A stretch of DNA of 46,873 nucleotides from a virus: UHGV virus genome UHGV-1365016. The stretch is one strand, 5' to 3'. Below, piece after piece: positions 32,009-42,574 of this stretch. The first letter of the stretch is position 1; each line of letters begins with the position of its first letter. The notes below the pieces were generated by a model. That model worked only from the letters and a program-made list of their open reading frames with translations, did no database searches and was not told where the DNA came from. Position numbers and translations under genes: made by a program.

Positions 32009-32305
32009 TTCCACTTCTATGGGTACTTTCTGCTTACGCATTCGCGAGAGTATTTGAGGCTGATACTCTGTACCAGATTATTTGCTACGGCGCTCTATTC
32101 TGTCTCTCTGGTGCTGCGCTTGCATTTATGGATGATGTGATTTCAGACTAACACCGTATATCTTTTGTTCAACATGGGCTGCTATCATTTAATCAGGAGG
32201 TGGCCCATGAACATAATCCCTATCACTTACTTTCTCACGCTATACGCGCTCACTGATTCGCCATTATTTGCACTGGCTACCGCCTCATGGTGCTATATCT
32301 CCCTG

Positions 32306-32314
32306 TGTTATAAT
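32306..32314 (+). promoter_or_regulatory. Extended -10 promoter TGTTATAAT in front of the protease/capsid block
   Basis: TG-n-TATAAT lies 31 nt upstream of ATG 32345. Confidence 0.45.
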
Positions 32315-32344
32315 TCGACCACAAACTAACCGTGGAGCTACGCG

Positions 32345-34098
<1,754 letters not shown>

Positions 34099-34100
34099 TA

Positions 34101-35171
34101 ATGGAAAAGATTATTTTTACCAAAGACTTGGTAGCCAACTCCGCAGTAGTGGCTGACCAGTGGAAACATCTCACTATCGACCGCAAGGTATTCTGCAATG
34201 CAGAAGCTGAACTGGCGAAAACTTACGGCGTTAACGCTACTGCACTGGTAACGAAAGATTACTGGCGCGACGTGGATAACGTCACTACCCGCGTTTTCCG
34301 TAACGAAGCTGGTCAGGACATGATGGCTGACCTGATGGGCATCGCGGCAAACATCAACATCGGTAAGACCGTGGCAATCAGTCGCATTGCTTCCGATGCT
34401 GGTAAAGTCGTCCGCACTCTGTCTGGTCAGGAGCCGGAAGATTTGGATAAAACTCGTTATGATTACACTGGCGATGTGATTCCAATCTTCAAGACTGGCT
34501 ACAGCCGCGAATGGCGCGAACTGCTGGGCATGCAGTCTGAAGGCTTTGACCCGCTGCTGGACGATCAGGCTAACGTCACCTTTAACCTGCGCTCTGATAT
34601 GGCCCAGTATCTGCTGACTGGCGACCAGTCTCTGAACGTGAACGGTGTTTACACTGGTTACGGTATCACCAACCACCCGAACACTGTTCAGGTTAACCTG
34701 AATGCTTCCGGCGGCCTTAATATCGACCTGCAAACTGCAACGCCAGACGAAATCGTGACCTTCTTCAATCAGGATTTCCAGGCTATTCTGGATGCGCAGA
34801 ACGTATTCGAGCAGGTGACTCTGTGGGTTTCCCCGTCAGTGCGTCGCAGCTTTATGCGTCCGTATTCTGATGCAGCTGGCTTCAAAGGCGGCACGGTTGA
34901 GCAGTACATCACTCAGTTCGGCAATGGTCGCATCGGCAAGATTGGCACCAACTTCCTGCTGACTGGCAACCATTTCGTTGGCTATGTTCGCAACGACATG
35001 TACATCCGTCCGCGTGTTGCTCAGCCTGTCTCCACCTACGCGGCAGCACGTGCTAACCCGCACGATAACTTTAACTTCCTCGTGTGGTCGGCTTTTGGCC
35101 TTCAGGTGCGCCGCGATTTCTCCGGCAAATCAAAAGTATTCAACGGCTACGGTACGCAAACTCCGCTGTAA
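34101..35171 (+). CDS. Major capsid protein (HK97-fold)
   Basis: 356 aa, positioned after the protease/scaffold and decoration-like genes. A strong terminator follows it. Confidence 0.75.
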   Translation: MEKIIFTKDLVANSAVVADQWKHLTIDRKVFCNAEAELAKTYGVNATALVTKDYWRDVDNVTTRVFRNEAGQDMMADLMGIAANINIGKTVAISRIASDAGKVVRTLSGQEPEDLDKTRYDYTGDVIPIFKTGYSREWRELLGMQSEGFDPLLDDQANVTFNLRSDMAQYLLTGDQSLNVNGVYTGYGITNHPNTVQVNLNASGGLNIDLQTATPDEIVTFFNQDFQAILDAQNVFEQVTLWVSPSVRRSFMRPYSDAAGFKGGTVEQYITQFGNGRIGKIGTNFLLTGNHFVGYVRNDMYIRPRVAQPVSTYAAARANPHDNFNFLVWSAFGLQVRRDFSGKSKVFNGYGTQTPL

Positions 35172-35173
35172 TA

Positions 35174-35200
35174 AAAAGGGGCGAAAGCCCCTTTGTGAAT
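35174..35200 (+). terminator. Rho-independent terminator after the major capsid gene
   Basis: GGGGC-GAAA-GCCCC followed by TTTGTGAATTT. Confidence 0.7.
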
Positions 35201-35212
35201 TTGAGGTGAATA

Positions 35213-35410
35213 ATGGCTAAATACGAAGTCATCGCACGCGGAATCTTTGTAAAAGAGAAAGGCAAGATTCGTGAGTTGCAGCTTGGCGAGGTTATCACGG
35301 AACCTGCTGAGCATCTGCTGCCAAAACTGCGCGTTATGCCAGAACTGGAAAAGTCTTTCGAAGTCGCAACCCCACAACAAAAGACGACAAAGAAAAAGAA
35401 AGCAGAGTAA
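35213..35410 (+). CDS. Small basic protein
   Basis: 65 aa with a Lys-rich C-terminus (TTKKKKAE), flanked by terminators. Confidence 0.35.
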   Translation: MAKYEVIARGIFVKEKGKIRELQLGEVITEPAEHLLPKLRVMPELEKSFEVATPQQKTTKKKKAE

Positions 35411-35415
35411 ACTGA

Positions 35416-35438
35416 ACCCGCATTATGCGGGTTTTTTA
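35416..35438 (+). terminator. Rho-independent terminator
   Basis: ACCCGCA-TTA-TGCGGGT followed by TTTTTATT. Confidence 0.7.
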
Positions 35439-35450
35439 TTGGGGGTTTCT

Positions 35451-36269
35451 ATGGCTGTAAGATACGAAATAAACACAACTCCGGATGACGGAGAGGTTTT
35501 GCTTAGCGAAACCATGTCTGCGGACTGGTCAGCATTACAGGTGCAGATTGTGCCGCTAAATTCTTCCGGTGGCTATGAGCCATTAACAAGCGGGTCTGTT
35601 TCTGTAATGGTATCGCCGCTTTCATCCGGTGATTTCTGGATTGACGTTAACAATAATAATTATTATGGCGTAGCGCTGCGACTGAAGGTGATCAAGTCAC
35701 AGATACCTGCTGGCATTGCATCTCTGAAAGTCATGGTATGGCGAGCTGCCACATCAGTACCATCAAGTCAGGTTGTCGCGCAGTCCTATGCAGAGTTTGC
35801 TAACAAGCAAGGGAAGTTATTCACCGCATCACGTCGCGTGACTGACGTCGCTGGCAGTTCAAACCTTGACAGCATCTTTATCACCGGAACAAAGCAGGTG
35901 ATATTCAACCAGCGCATTATTGGTTACACAGGGAAAGGTGTGGTTGCATCAATCTATCGCGGCGCAGTTGCCACCGGCGGTACGGCGGCAGAGATCAACA
36001 ACCCCAACGACATAACGCCGCAGGCAGCTACGGCGCAGCTTCTGACTGGCTCTACGATCACAAGTATTGGACAGCTGACGGTCGCAGCAACATATAGCGA
36101 GGGTAACGCATCGAATCAGGGGCAGGGTAATTCACAGGCAAAACTCGGTGAACAGGTAATCATGGCGCCCAATACCACCTATTTGTTACGCATCACATCA
36201 CTGGATACCGCGGTGCAGAATATCAATGCTTATGTCTCGTGGTTTGAGGATGATACTTATCTGGCGTGA
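35451..36269 (+). CDS. Hypothetical structural or accessory protein (272 aa, Ser/Thr/Gly-rich)
   Basis: Start set at ATG 35451 after the terminator. The tracked ORF start at 35271 would run through a terminator and the upstream gene. Flanked by terminators on both sides. Confidence 0.4.
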   Translation: MAVRYEINTTPDDGEVLLSETMSADWSALQVQIVPLNSSGGYEPLTSGSVSVMVSPLSSGDFWIDVNNNNYYGVALRLKVIKSQIPAGIASLKVMVWRAATSVPSSQVVAQSYAEFANKQGKLFTASRRVTDVAGSSNLDSIFITGTKQVIFNQRIIGYTGKGVVASIYRGAVATGGTAAEINNPNDITPQAATAQLLTGSTITSIGQLTVAATYSEGNASNQGQGNSQAKLGEQVIMAPNTTYLLRITSLDTAVQNINAYVSWFEDDTYLA

Positions 36270-36276
36270 TAAAAGA

Positions 36277-36300
36277 AAAGCCCCGTGAAGGGGCTTTGGT
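36277..36300. terminator. Bidirectional rho-independent terminator
   Basis: AAAGCCCC-GTGAA-GGGGCTTT with A-run before and T-run after, between convergent genes. Confidence 0.7.
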
Positions 36301-36567
36301 TTACAAAGAAAGTAGCGGCTTAGCGTAAAGCTTTACTCCTCCTCCCTGACCGATAATGAGTACATTCTCTGCACCTTCAATTAAAATTAAACCTTGAGTT
36401 GGTTTTTTGAATAAAGGTCTAATGTGAATGCCGGACTTAGTATGAAAAACAATACATGTTTCAATAAATGTTATTGAACCTAATTTATAATTATCCCCTT
36501 TTGGGATTTGCCTTTCAATTGTATCCGGTACAGGGGTGTTCTTTCTGAATAATTCAATTTTCATCAA
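36301..36567 (-). CDS. Hypothetical protein
   Basis: 88 aa. Confidence 0.3.
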   Translation of the reverse strand: MMKIELFRKNTPVPDTIERQIPKGDNYKLGSITFIETCIVFHTKSGIHIRPLFKKPTQGLILIEGAENVLIIGQGGGVKLYAKPLLSL

Positions 36568-36860
36568 TCAATCCTCATCGGCATAACAACAATCTTGGCA
36601 GTCTCGCCAGATGGCGAACTAAGGCAGCAAACTGCGGCATTGGTATTTCCATTCAGTTCAAACTTAACACCGCAGAACCTTGGATTGAACAGCTTTGCTG
36701 CTTTCTCAATATCAACCAGATAGCCAGCATTGAATCCGATGCAATCTGCTGCTTTTGTTTCCTTTGGTATCACGCGATCAATATCAGGGAATCGACCATC
36801 AATCTCTTCGCAGATACCTGATCCAACCATCACGCCAGATTCATCATGATACGTTGCCAT
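36564..36860 (-). CDS. Hypothetical protein
   Basis: 98 aa. Confidence 0.3.
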   Translation of the reverse strand: MATYHDESGVMVGSGICEEIDGRFPDIDRVIPKETKAADCIGFNAGYLVDIEKAAKLFNPRFCGVKFELNGNTNAAVCCLSSPSGETAKIVVMPMRID

Positions 36861-36863
36861 TTT

Positions 36864-37106
36864 CTACTTAGTGTCAATGATGGCGTACTCATAACGTTTT
36901 GTTGGAGATTTTCCAATCTTGATGATCACATTTTCTGTCAGCTTATTGGCATGACTGCAGCCAATGAATGCGCGATGACCGTCAGTTGATGCAACACGAC
37001 CATCAGGCATGAAGCAGATGCCGTTCAGGTAATATCGCACATCATTGCGCGCCTGGAATATTAATGCTGATTCAAGTAATAGTTTGCTGATTTTTAGTTT
37101 CATCAC
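36864..37106 (-). CDS. Hypothetical protein
   Basis: 80 aa. Confidence 0.3.
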   Translation of the reverse strand: MMKLKISKLLLESALIFQARNDVRYYLNGICFMPDGRVASTDGHRAFIGCSHANKLTENVIIKIGKSPTKRYEYAIIDTK

Positions 37107-37272
37107 TTCACCTTAATCATGTGTTGTTTTGCAACCTTCAGGCATTCTTCAAAAATGCCACCCTTCTTAGCGCTCTGATTGCGCTTGTAATACTGAATCG
37201 CCGCATCAATTGCCATCTGGTCGATTTCAGGCAGTTTGGCGCGCAGCTGTTTTTCAATGAATTGTTCTGGTG

Positions 37273-37467
37273 TCATAGCTTAACCCAACCACATCCGCGA
37301 ACGTTGCGCACAAAACCTTTCTTTTTCAGTGCCTGCATCCTCCGATCAATAACCGTAATGTTTCTAACATCATCACGAAACTTAAGCCATATATCAAAAA
37401 CAGGAGTTGGTTTAACAGAAAGCATGTGCAATATCTTCAAGTCCAACTCTTCATACTTACTCATCAC
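37273..37467 (-). CDS. Hypothetical basic protein
   Basis: 64 aa. Start/stop overlaps the ParB-like gene. Confidence 0.3.
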   Translation of the reverse strand: MMSKYEELDLKILHMLSVKPTPVFDIWLKFRDDVRNITVIDRRMQALKKKGFVRNVRGCGWVKL

Positions 37468-38273
37468 ATCTTCTCCAGAATTGCCATAACCTCATGAATA
37501 TCAGCAACAGGAATCTGAATAAATTCCTCATCCTCTGCCACTACATGACCAGCGGGAAGAATCACATGGTCAGCTGGCTTCAATAACTCAATCAGGCGGT
37601 CTACTGGCTTAATCTTTTTCGACTTCAGCACTTTTGCCGTGACCTTATCCTTGCCTTGCGCCTTCGCTTCTTCAACTGCCTCGTCGATAACTTTAACCGC
37701 ATCGTCACCATGCTCACGCGTCACTGCAACGGCATTTGCATAACTGATTTGCCCGGCATTGATTCGCGCTTTAACTTCCGCTGGCACATCACCTAATGAC
37801 AGGTGCATCTGCACATCAGAGACTGAGCGGCCTACCTTTTTGGCTATTTCTTCATTAGTCCAGCCAAATCCTTTCAGTCGCGTGTAAGCCTTTGCGCGCT
37901 CAAACGGGTCAAGCTGCTTACCCTGACTGGATGACACCATAAAAGCAATTTTGTCAGCCTCGTCGCCAGTAAAGTCCTTACACTCGATGCGAACGATTGG
38001 TGCGCCACGCTCAATGGCACGCAATGCGCCGAGATAGCGGTGCTGACCATCAAGGATGCGAATGCCTTTCTCATCGGGGATAACCGTTAATGCTGGTAAT
38101 GGCTGACCTGATTCCCAGCACTGCGCGAAATATTCCACATGCTGCTCATCTGCTTCACGGATGTTGTATCCCGGCTCCAGATAGATTTGTTCCACTGGCA
38201 CGAGATAGGTTTTGTTAACAGCGATGCCGTTGCGAGTTTCTTTGTCTGAATAGATTTTGCTGAGTGTCTTCAT
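37464..38273 (-). CDS. ParB-like nuclease domain protein with C-terminal HTH
   Basis: ParB-N signature ILDGQHRYLGALRAIERG and an HTH segment NEEIAKKVGRSVSDVQMHLSL. 269 aa. Confidence 0.6.
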   Translation of the reverse strand: MKTLSKIYSDKETRNGIAVNKTYLVPVEQIYLEPGYNIREADEQHVEYFAQCWESGQPLPALTVIPDEKGIRILDGQHRYLGALRAIERGAPIVRIECKDFTGDEADKIAFMVSSSQGKQLDPFERAKAYTRLKGFGWTNEEIAKKVGRSVSDVQMHLSLGDVPAEVKARINAGQISYANAVAVTREHGDDAVKVIDEAVEEAKAQGKDKVTAKVLKSKKIKPVDRLIELLKPADHVILPAGHVVAEDEEFIQIPVADIHEVMAILEKM

Positions 38274-38276
38274 TGT

Positions 38277-38900
38277 TTATTCCTCATCACCAGAATTAGC
38301 AATATCGTAAAACTGACCGTATGTTATCTGCTTAAAGTTATCAGGTATCGTTACCTGTCCGTGGCCTTCATCTTTTGTATTTGGCACAGCAAAAATCAGG
38401 CAATCATCCTTTTGTGGGTGTTTACCGCCATAAGTAGACAGCATTGCAAAACCAAATCCGCGACCAGATTTCTCTCCGATTCCGGTGCGTGCGATGCCAT
38501 AATGGTTAACAATGTAGTCCTTCCATTCTGGCAGTAACTTTAATTTCTCGTTTGCCTCTCGCATCACTGCGTCCAGCTTTTTGTTGTATTCCCGCCCGTC
38601 CTTTGTATTTCCTTTTCCGCGAGCCACAATTACACGCTGACCTTCCCAAAGGTCTTCACGCTTTATTGTCACTTGGCACGGAAATTCAAACTGCTTACTC
38701 CACACAAAGCTCTCAAGTAAGCCACCTCCGACCGCGCCCCAGCTACGTGTTGTAGTGAAAGCGACAGCGCCAACCTTTTTCATTGCATCACCGAGAATTT
38801 CATTGCGGCGCTTTTGAATGTCATCATATGCATTAATGACTTTCTTAACATCATCACCTTCAACCATGTAATAATCATAATGTTTTGCGTTGCTGCTCAT
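38277..38900 (-). CDS. Hypothetical protein (207 aa)
   Basis: Co-transcribed upstream of the ParB-like gene. No recognisable motif. Confidence 0.35.
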   Translation of the reverse strand: MSSNAKHYDYYMVEGDDVKKVINAYDDIQKRRNEILGDAMKKVGAVAFTTTRSWGAVGGGLLESFVWSKQFEFPCQVTIKREDLWEGQRVIVARGKGNTKDGREYNKKLDAVMREANEKLKLLPEWKDYIVNHYGIARTGIGEKSGRGFGFAMLSTYGGKHPQKDDCLIFAVPNTKDEGHGQVTIPDNFKQITYGQFYDIANSGDEE

Positions 38901-39181
38901 AATTGCTCCTCATCACCCTGAAAAATACCGCCAAACTCTTCAACCAGTTCATCAATGCATTCGTCCGCCTCAGCGCAATTGCCAGCGGCACTCAGCAGAA
39001 TATCAACAGCTTCATCGTCAGGAATGTTGATTGCCGAGAAGAACTCAACAATGCACATTTTCACAACCTGATATTCACCTTCTGTCTGGCATGAAGCAAA
39101 GCTGCAAGCAACAGCATCAATCAGCTTGGCTTTGTCATCACTTGGGTTGTCAATATCAAACATCTCATTCACCTCTAACAT
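38897..39181 (-). CDS. Small strongly acidic protein
   Basis: 94 aa with many Asp/Glu and Cys (DECIDELVEEFGGIFQGDEEQL). First gene of the - strand island. Confidence 0.35.
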   Translation of the reverse strand: MLEVNEMFDIDNPSDDKAKLIDAVACSFASCQTEGEYQVVKMCIVEFFSAINIPDDEAVDILLSAAGNCAEADECIDELVEEFGGIFQGDEEQL

Positions 39182-39203
39182 TTATTGTTGTTTCTACGTC
39201 ATT

Positions 39204-39232
39204 ACTATAAACGCGCCATCAATCTACATCAA
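39204..39232 (-). promoter_or_regulatory. Leftward sigma70-type promoter TTGATG-N17-TATAGT containing an ATCTACATCAA element
   Basis: On the - strand, the -35 is the reverse complement of 39227..39232 and the -10 is the reverse complement of 39204..39209. A second element, TCTACGTCA, lies at 39193..39201. Confidence 0.45.
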
Positions 39233-39398
39233 CTGGAATATGCTAAAATCATGCTAATCAAACAACAGGAGATTTAAGCATGGGTTCAACAAACGGTCCG
39301 TCTCGTTCACGCGCTACTGGCAACACCAAAACCGGCGGCAAAACTGGCGCAGTGAAGCCAAACGGCTCTACCCGCTCACCATCGCGCGGTAAAAAATA

Positions 39399-39839
39399 AT
39401 GTTCGGCGCAGACATTGCCATCATGATCATGTATGTGCTTGGTTTTGCCTGCACAGGCATGGTCGCGTTTCTGGTGTTCATTCCGGCAATGGTGATGTCT
39501 GTGTATCTTGGATGGGTGCTTGTTGATTCATTTCCCGCCGAATATCTGTATTACCTTGCGCAGTCTATGGTTTGGTTGTTTCCGGCTATTGCGCTGCGCA
39601 AAAGTACAAAGATGGCGCTCTGCGTGCTAACAATGAGCCTTTACGAATGGCTGGTTGCGATAGAGTCATTCGTATGGGAATTTATCACGCCTGTAGAAAC
39701 GCCGCTTCATGCGCAGTACGCATTTATTATTATCGGCATCCATCTGTTCATCCTTTCCATCACTTTTAAATGGGGCGGCGAAATTGGACATTATTCTTGG
39801 CGTGGTCGCCATTGTTTTTTCGCTGATTCAAATCTATAA
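39399..39839 (+). CDS. Polytopic membrane protein
   Basis: 146 aa with at least 4 hydrophobic helices. Confidence 0.4.
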   Translation: MFGADIAIMIMYVLGFACTGMVAFLVFIPAMVMSVYLGWVLVDSFPAEYLYYLAQSMVWLFPAIALRKSTKMALCVLTMSLYEWLVAIESFVWEFITPVETPLHAQYAFIIIGIHLFILSITFKWGGEIGHYSWRGRHCFFADSNL

Positions 39840-39871
39840 GTGCTGGAAACATATCATCAGCGAGACACGCA

Positions 39872-40156
39872 ATGAACGGGACACTAAGGCAAGTCGCAGA
39901 GCAGATTATAAGCGGAACGACAGGACAGGTGATTGATAAGGCTGGATATGCTTCTATTGGCACAGGTATCGGTCTGAAGGTTGCAGAGCAAACACCTGTC
40001 ACGCAATCTTATTTTGAGGCTATGATTCCACACAGCCTGACAGAGTGGGCGGCAGTGGCGTCAATCCTCGGCGCTCTGTCTCTGGTAATAAAGAATCTGT
40101 TTGAGATGTGGTGGAAAGTCCGGGAGTCAAAGAAAAATGACAGCACCAACACCTGA
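39872..40156 (+). CDS. Small membrane protein (holin-like topology)
   Basis: 94 aa with one C-terminal transmembrane helix (WAAVASILGALSLVIKNLF) and a charged tail. Confidence 0.3.
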   Translation: MNGTLRQVAEQIISGTTGQVIDKAGYASIGTGIGLKVAEQTPVTQSYFEAMIPHSLTEWAAVASILGALSLVIKNLFEMWWKVRESKKNDSTNT

Positions 40157-40529
40157 AGAACTTGTCAGCCAGATGGCATCGCGCGGGATGACCATCACCA
40201 CAACGGATGCGTCTGGCATTCTGTGCCTTGTGGCATCAATCAGCGAATGCCTTGAGCTGAACTATCCAAATGATGAATGCCGACAAAATGCGATCATGCT
40301 GTGGGCTTCCATCCTGATTAGCGCAAATACCGCAGGGCGCTACGTCACCAGTCAGAGCGCACCTTCTGGCGCATCGCAATCATTCGCGTATGGCAGTAAG
40401 CCGTGGGTGGCGCTGTACAATCAGATGAAACTACTGGATACAGCAGGGTGTACTGGCGATTTGGTGGAAGATCCTGACGGAAGCGGTAAACCGTGGTTTG
40501 CAGTTGTGCGTGGGAGTAAGTGCAAATGA
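40137..40529 (+). CDS. Head-tail connector / head completion protein
   Basis: Start at ATG 40137 (MTAPTPEEL). Position in front of the tail completion genes. Confidence 0.35.
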   Translation: MTAPTPEELVSQMASRGMTITTTDASGILCLVASISECLELNYPNDECRQNAIMLWASILISANTAGRYVTSQSAPSGASQSFAYGSKPWVALYNQMKLLDTAGCTGDLVEDPDGSGKPWFAVVRGSKCK

Positions 40530-40867
40530 CTTCGCTGGCTCGGTTTTCCTACACGCAGCCATGCACCATCTGGCATAAAAGCGGCACTGACAAGTACGGC
40601 AAGCCAACTTTTGACGCACCAGTGAGCATCATGTGCGACTATGGCTTTAACGATGATGTATCGACCGATGCGAAAGGCAATGAGATTGTGCAGAAGAATA
40701 CTTTCTGGACAGAATACACTGGCGCGAAGGTTGGTGATTACATCATGATTGGCACGGTAACAGATGCTGACCCGCTGGTGGCTGGCGCAAACCAGATTCT
40801 GAATGTGATTAACTACGGATCAACTTTCAACAGGGCAGAGCCACCTGACTTTGCCCTTGTAACATGA
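40520..40867 (+). CDS. Head-tail joining protein
   Basis: 115 aa with overlapping start, conserved position. Confidence 0.35.
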   Translation: MQMTSLARFSYTQPCTIWHKSGTDKYGKPTFDAPVSIMCDYGFNDDVSTDAKGNEIVQKNTFWTEYTGAKVGDYIMIGTVTDADPLVAGANQILNVINYGSTFNRAEPPDFALVT

Positions 40868-41368
40868 TTACGATCTGAAAAACTCACCAAAATGCTTAAG
40901 CGCCGCTTTGTCATATGCGGCCTTAGCTTCTTCTGCCGTTTCGTAATGACCAAGGCAAGTCACTAATCCATTAATCCTTATATTGGCAACAAATCTTAGC
41001 TTGCAATCAATTCTCTCTGAGACGCCTTTTATGCCAAGCCTATTTCTTTTATGAACCTTAACATTTCTGCAATTCTCTTCTCTTGTTGCCGCTCGTAGAT
41101 TACAAATTCTGTTGTCTGTTTTTATCCCATTAATGTGATCAATTTCATTTTCTGGCCACTCTCCATATACATATAACCAAGCTAATCTATGGGCAAGGTA
41201 GTCTTTGTAATCAATAGCTATTCTGATATACCCTTGGTTATGTGGCCTTCCTGCTGTGGAGCCAGCTTTTACTGGGCCTCTGCCTTTCTTCCATGTAAAA
41301 ACACCAGTTTCACTATTGTAAATTAATTTCTGCTTAAGTCTCTCAACGGTCAGCATGTTTAACTCCAA
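40868..41368 (-). CDS. HNH homing endonuclease (paralogue of 11960..12607)
   Basis: ETGVFTWKK...AHRLAWLYVYGEWPENEIDHINGIKTDNRICNLRAATREEN plus an AP2-like C-terminus GIKGVSERIDCKLRFVANIRINGLV. It is inserted anti-sense between the head-tail genes. Confidence 0.75.
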   Translation of the reverse strand: MELNMLTVERLKQKLIYNSETGVFTWKKGRGPVKAGSTAGRPHNQGYIRIAIDYKDYLAHRLAWLYVYGEWPENEIDHINGIKTDNRICNLRAATREENCRNVKVHKRNRLGIKGVSERIDCKLRFVANIRINGLVTCLGHYETAEEAKAAYDKAALKHFGEFFRS

Positions 41369-41520
41369 AGGGAAACGCCCCTGTCAGGTGGAACATGGTT
41401 GCAACAAAACCATACTGACAAGGGCGTTAAATTCATTGTTGCTTGTGCGTCGTTTCGGGTTCCACGCCTACGTGACAATTCAATGGTATACTTCAACAAT
41501 AGAATTTGCAAGGGTATAAA

Positions 41521-41919
41521 ATGCCAGCGAAATTAAGAGGCGTCCGCCAAGCCGTAGAAAGAACATCGCAAATTGTGGATGAGATAATCGCCACGAAAGC
41601 GGTGCGTGCAATCAAGTCAGCGACATACATCATCCGCACCGAATCAGCCACGCTAACGCCAATTGATACATCAACACTAATTAACAGTCAGTTTGATACC
41701 GTGGAAGTTAGCGGGACGCGAATCACTGGCAAGGTTGGCTATTCCGCGAAATATGCGCTGTATGTCCATAACGCCAGTGGCAAACTCACAGGTAAACCAC
41801 GCAGCAATGGTAACGGCGCGTATTGGAGTCCTGGAGGTGAGCCGCAATTCCTGACCAAAGCAGCACAACGCACAAAAGACCTTGTCGATAGCGTGATTAA
41901 GAAGGAGATGAAACTGTGA
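41521..41919 (+). CDS. HK97 gp10-family head-tail adaptor / tail completion protein
   Basis: Pattern AIKSATYIIRTESATLTPIDTSTLINS...GKVGYSAKYALYVHN, typical of the gp10 family. Confidence 0.5.
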   Translation: MPAKLRGVRQAVERTSQIVDEIIATKAVRAIKSATYIIRTESATLTPIDTSTLINSQFDTVEVSGTRITGKVGYSAKYALYVHNASGKLTGKPRSNGNGAYWSPGGEPQFLTKAAQRTKDLVDSVIKKEMKL

Positions 41920-42290
41920 ACATGCTTGAACTGGTTGATACATATCTTCAAGATGCCGGATTGTATGATGGTTGGACATCGCAGTTGCAGTTCTGGAATG
42001 ACACCGGAGATGGAAGCGAGCAATTTATTGTCCTGCAATCAAATGGTGGCACGCAGGTGATGGATGACCTCGGCGGTGACTTCTATTTCTCGTTGTATAT
42101 TGTCGGTAAACATGGTCAATACAACGTGGCGGATGTTGACGCTAAGGCGCTGGAGATTATCGAACACATCAAAACGCACCCGATTGATTCATGCGTGAAC
42201 TACATTCAGTTGCAGGCGCCACTCGGAAGGCCGATGCTGACGGAAGAAAAAAGACCAGTGCATGAACTGCTATTGCGTGTTGTGAAATAA
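41916..42290 (+). CDS. Tail terminator / minor tail protein
   Basis: 124 aa, with overlapping start. Last gene before the terminator and tRNA. Confidence 0.35.
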   Translation: MNMLELVDTYLQDAGLYDGWTSQLQFWNDTGDGSEQFIVLQSNGGTQVMDDLGGDFYFSLYIVGKHGQYNVADVDAKALEIIEHIKTHPIDSCVNYIQLQAPLGRPMLTEEKRPVHELLLRVVK

Positions 42291-42293
42291 ATA

Positions 42294-42316
42294 AAGCCGC
42301 ACGAGGCGGCTTTTAA
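42294..42316 (+). terminator. Rho-independent terminator
   Basis: AAGCCGC-ACGAG-GCGGCTT followed by TTAATAT. Confidence 0.6.
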
Positions 42317-42318
42317 TA

Positions 42319-42395
42319 TGGTGGACACGGACGGATTTGAACCTTCAATCAGCCGATTATGAGTCGGTTGCTTTAACCAATTAAGCTACGCGTCC
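42319..42395 (-). tRNA. tRNA-Met (anticodon CAT; elongator Met or lysidine-dependent Ile2 type), with CCA encoded
   Basis: The reverse complement folds as a 77-nt cloverleaf. The acceptor stem is GGACGCG/CGTGTCC with one G-U pair. The D-arm is GCTT-AATTGGTTA-AAGC. The anticodon loop is CTCATAA, with U33 and A37. The T-loop is TTCAAAT and the 3' end is ACCA. There is one A-G mismatch in the T-stem. Confidence 0.75.
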
Positions 42396-42574
42396 ATAAG
42401 TGCTGGTTTAAGCATTGCCAGCGTGCTTTCTTAATATCCAGCCCCGTAACCCATACATACCCCTACATATGATTGCGATAATGATGGATATTAAGTGTTG
42501 TGTCGTTTCGCGATTAACTGAAACTGGCATAACAATGGATGCAAACCTATCCAAATAATCAAGATGGCATTAAC

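Noticed and set aside
35271-35450. N-terminal extension of the 35451..36269 ORF, as drawn in the supplied track.
   Set aside because: The extension reads through the 35213..35410 gene in another frame and through a strong terminator hairpin at 35416-35438. The ATG at 35451 directly after the terminator is the plausible start.
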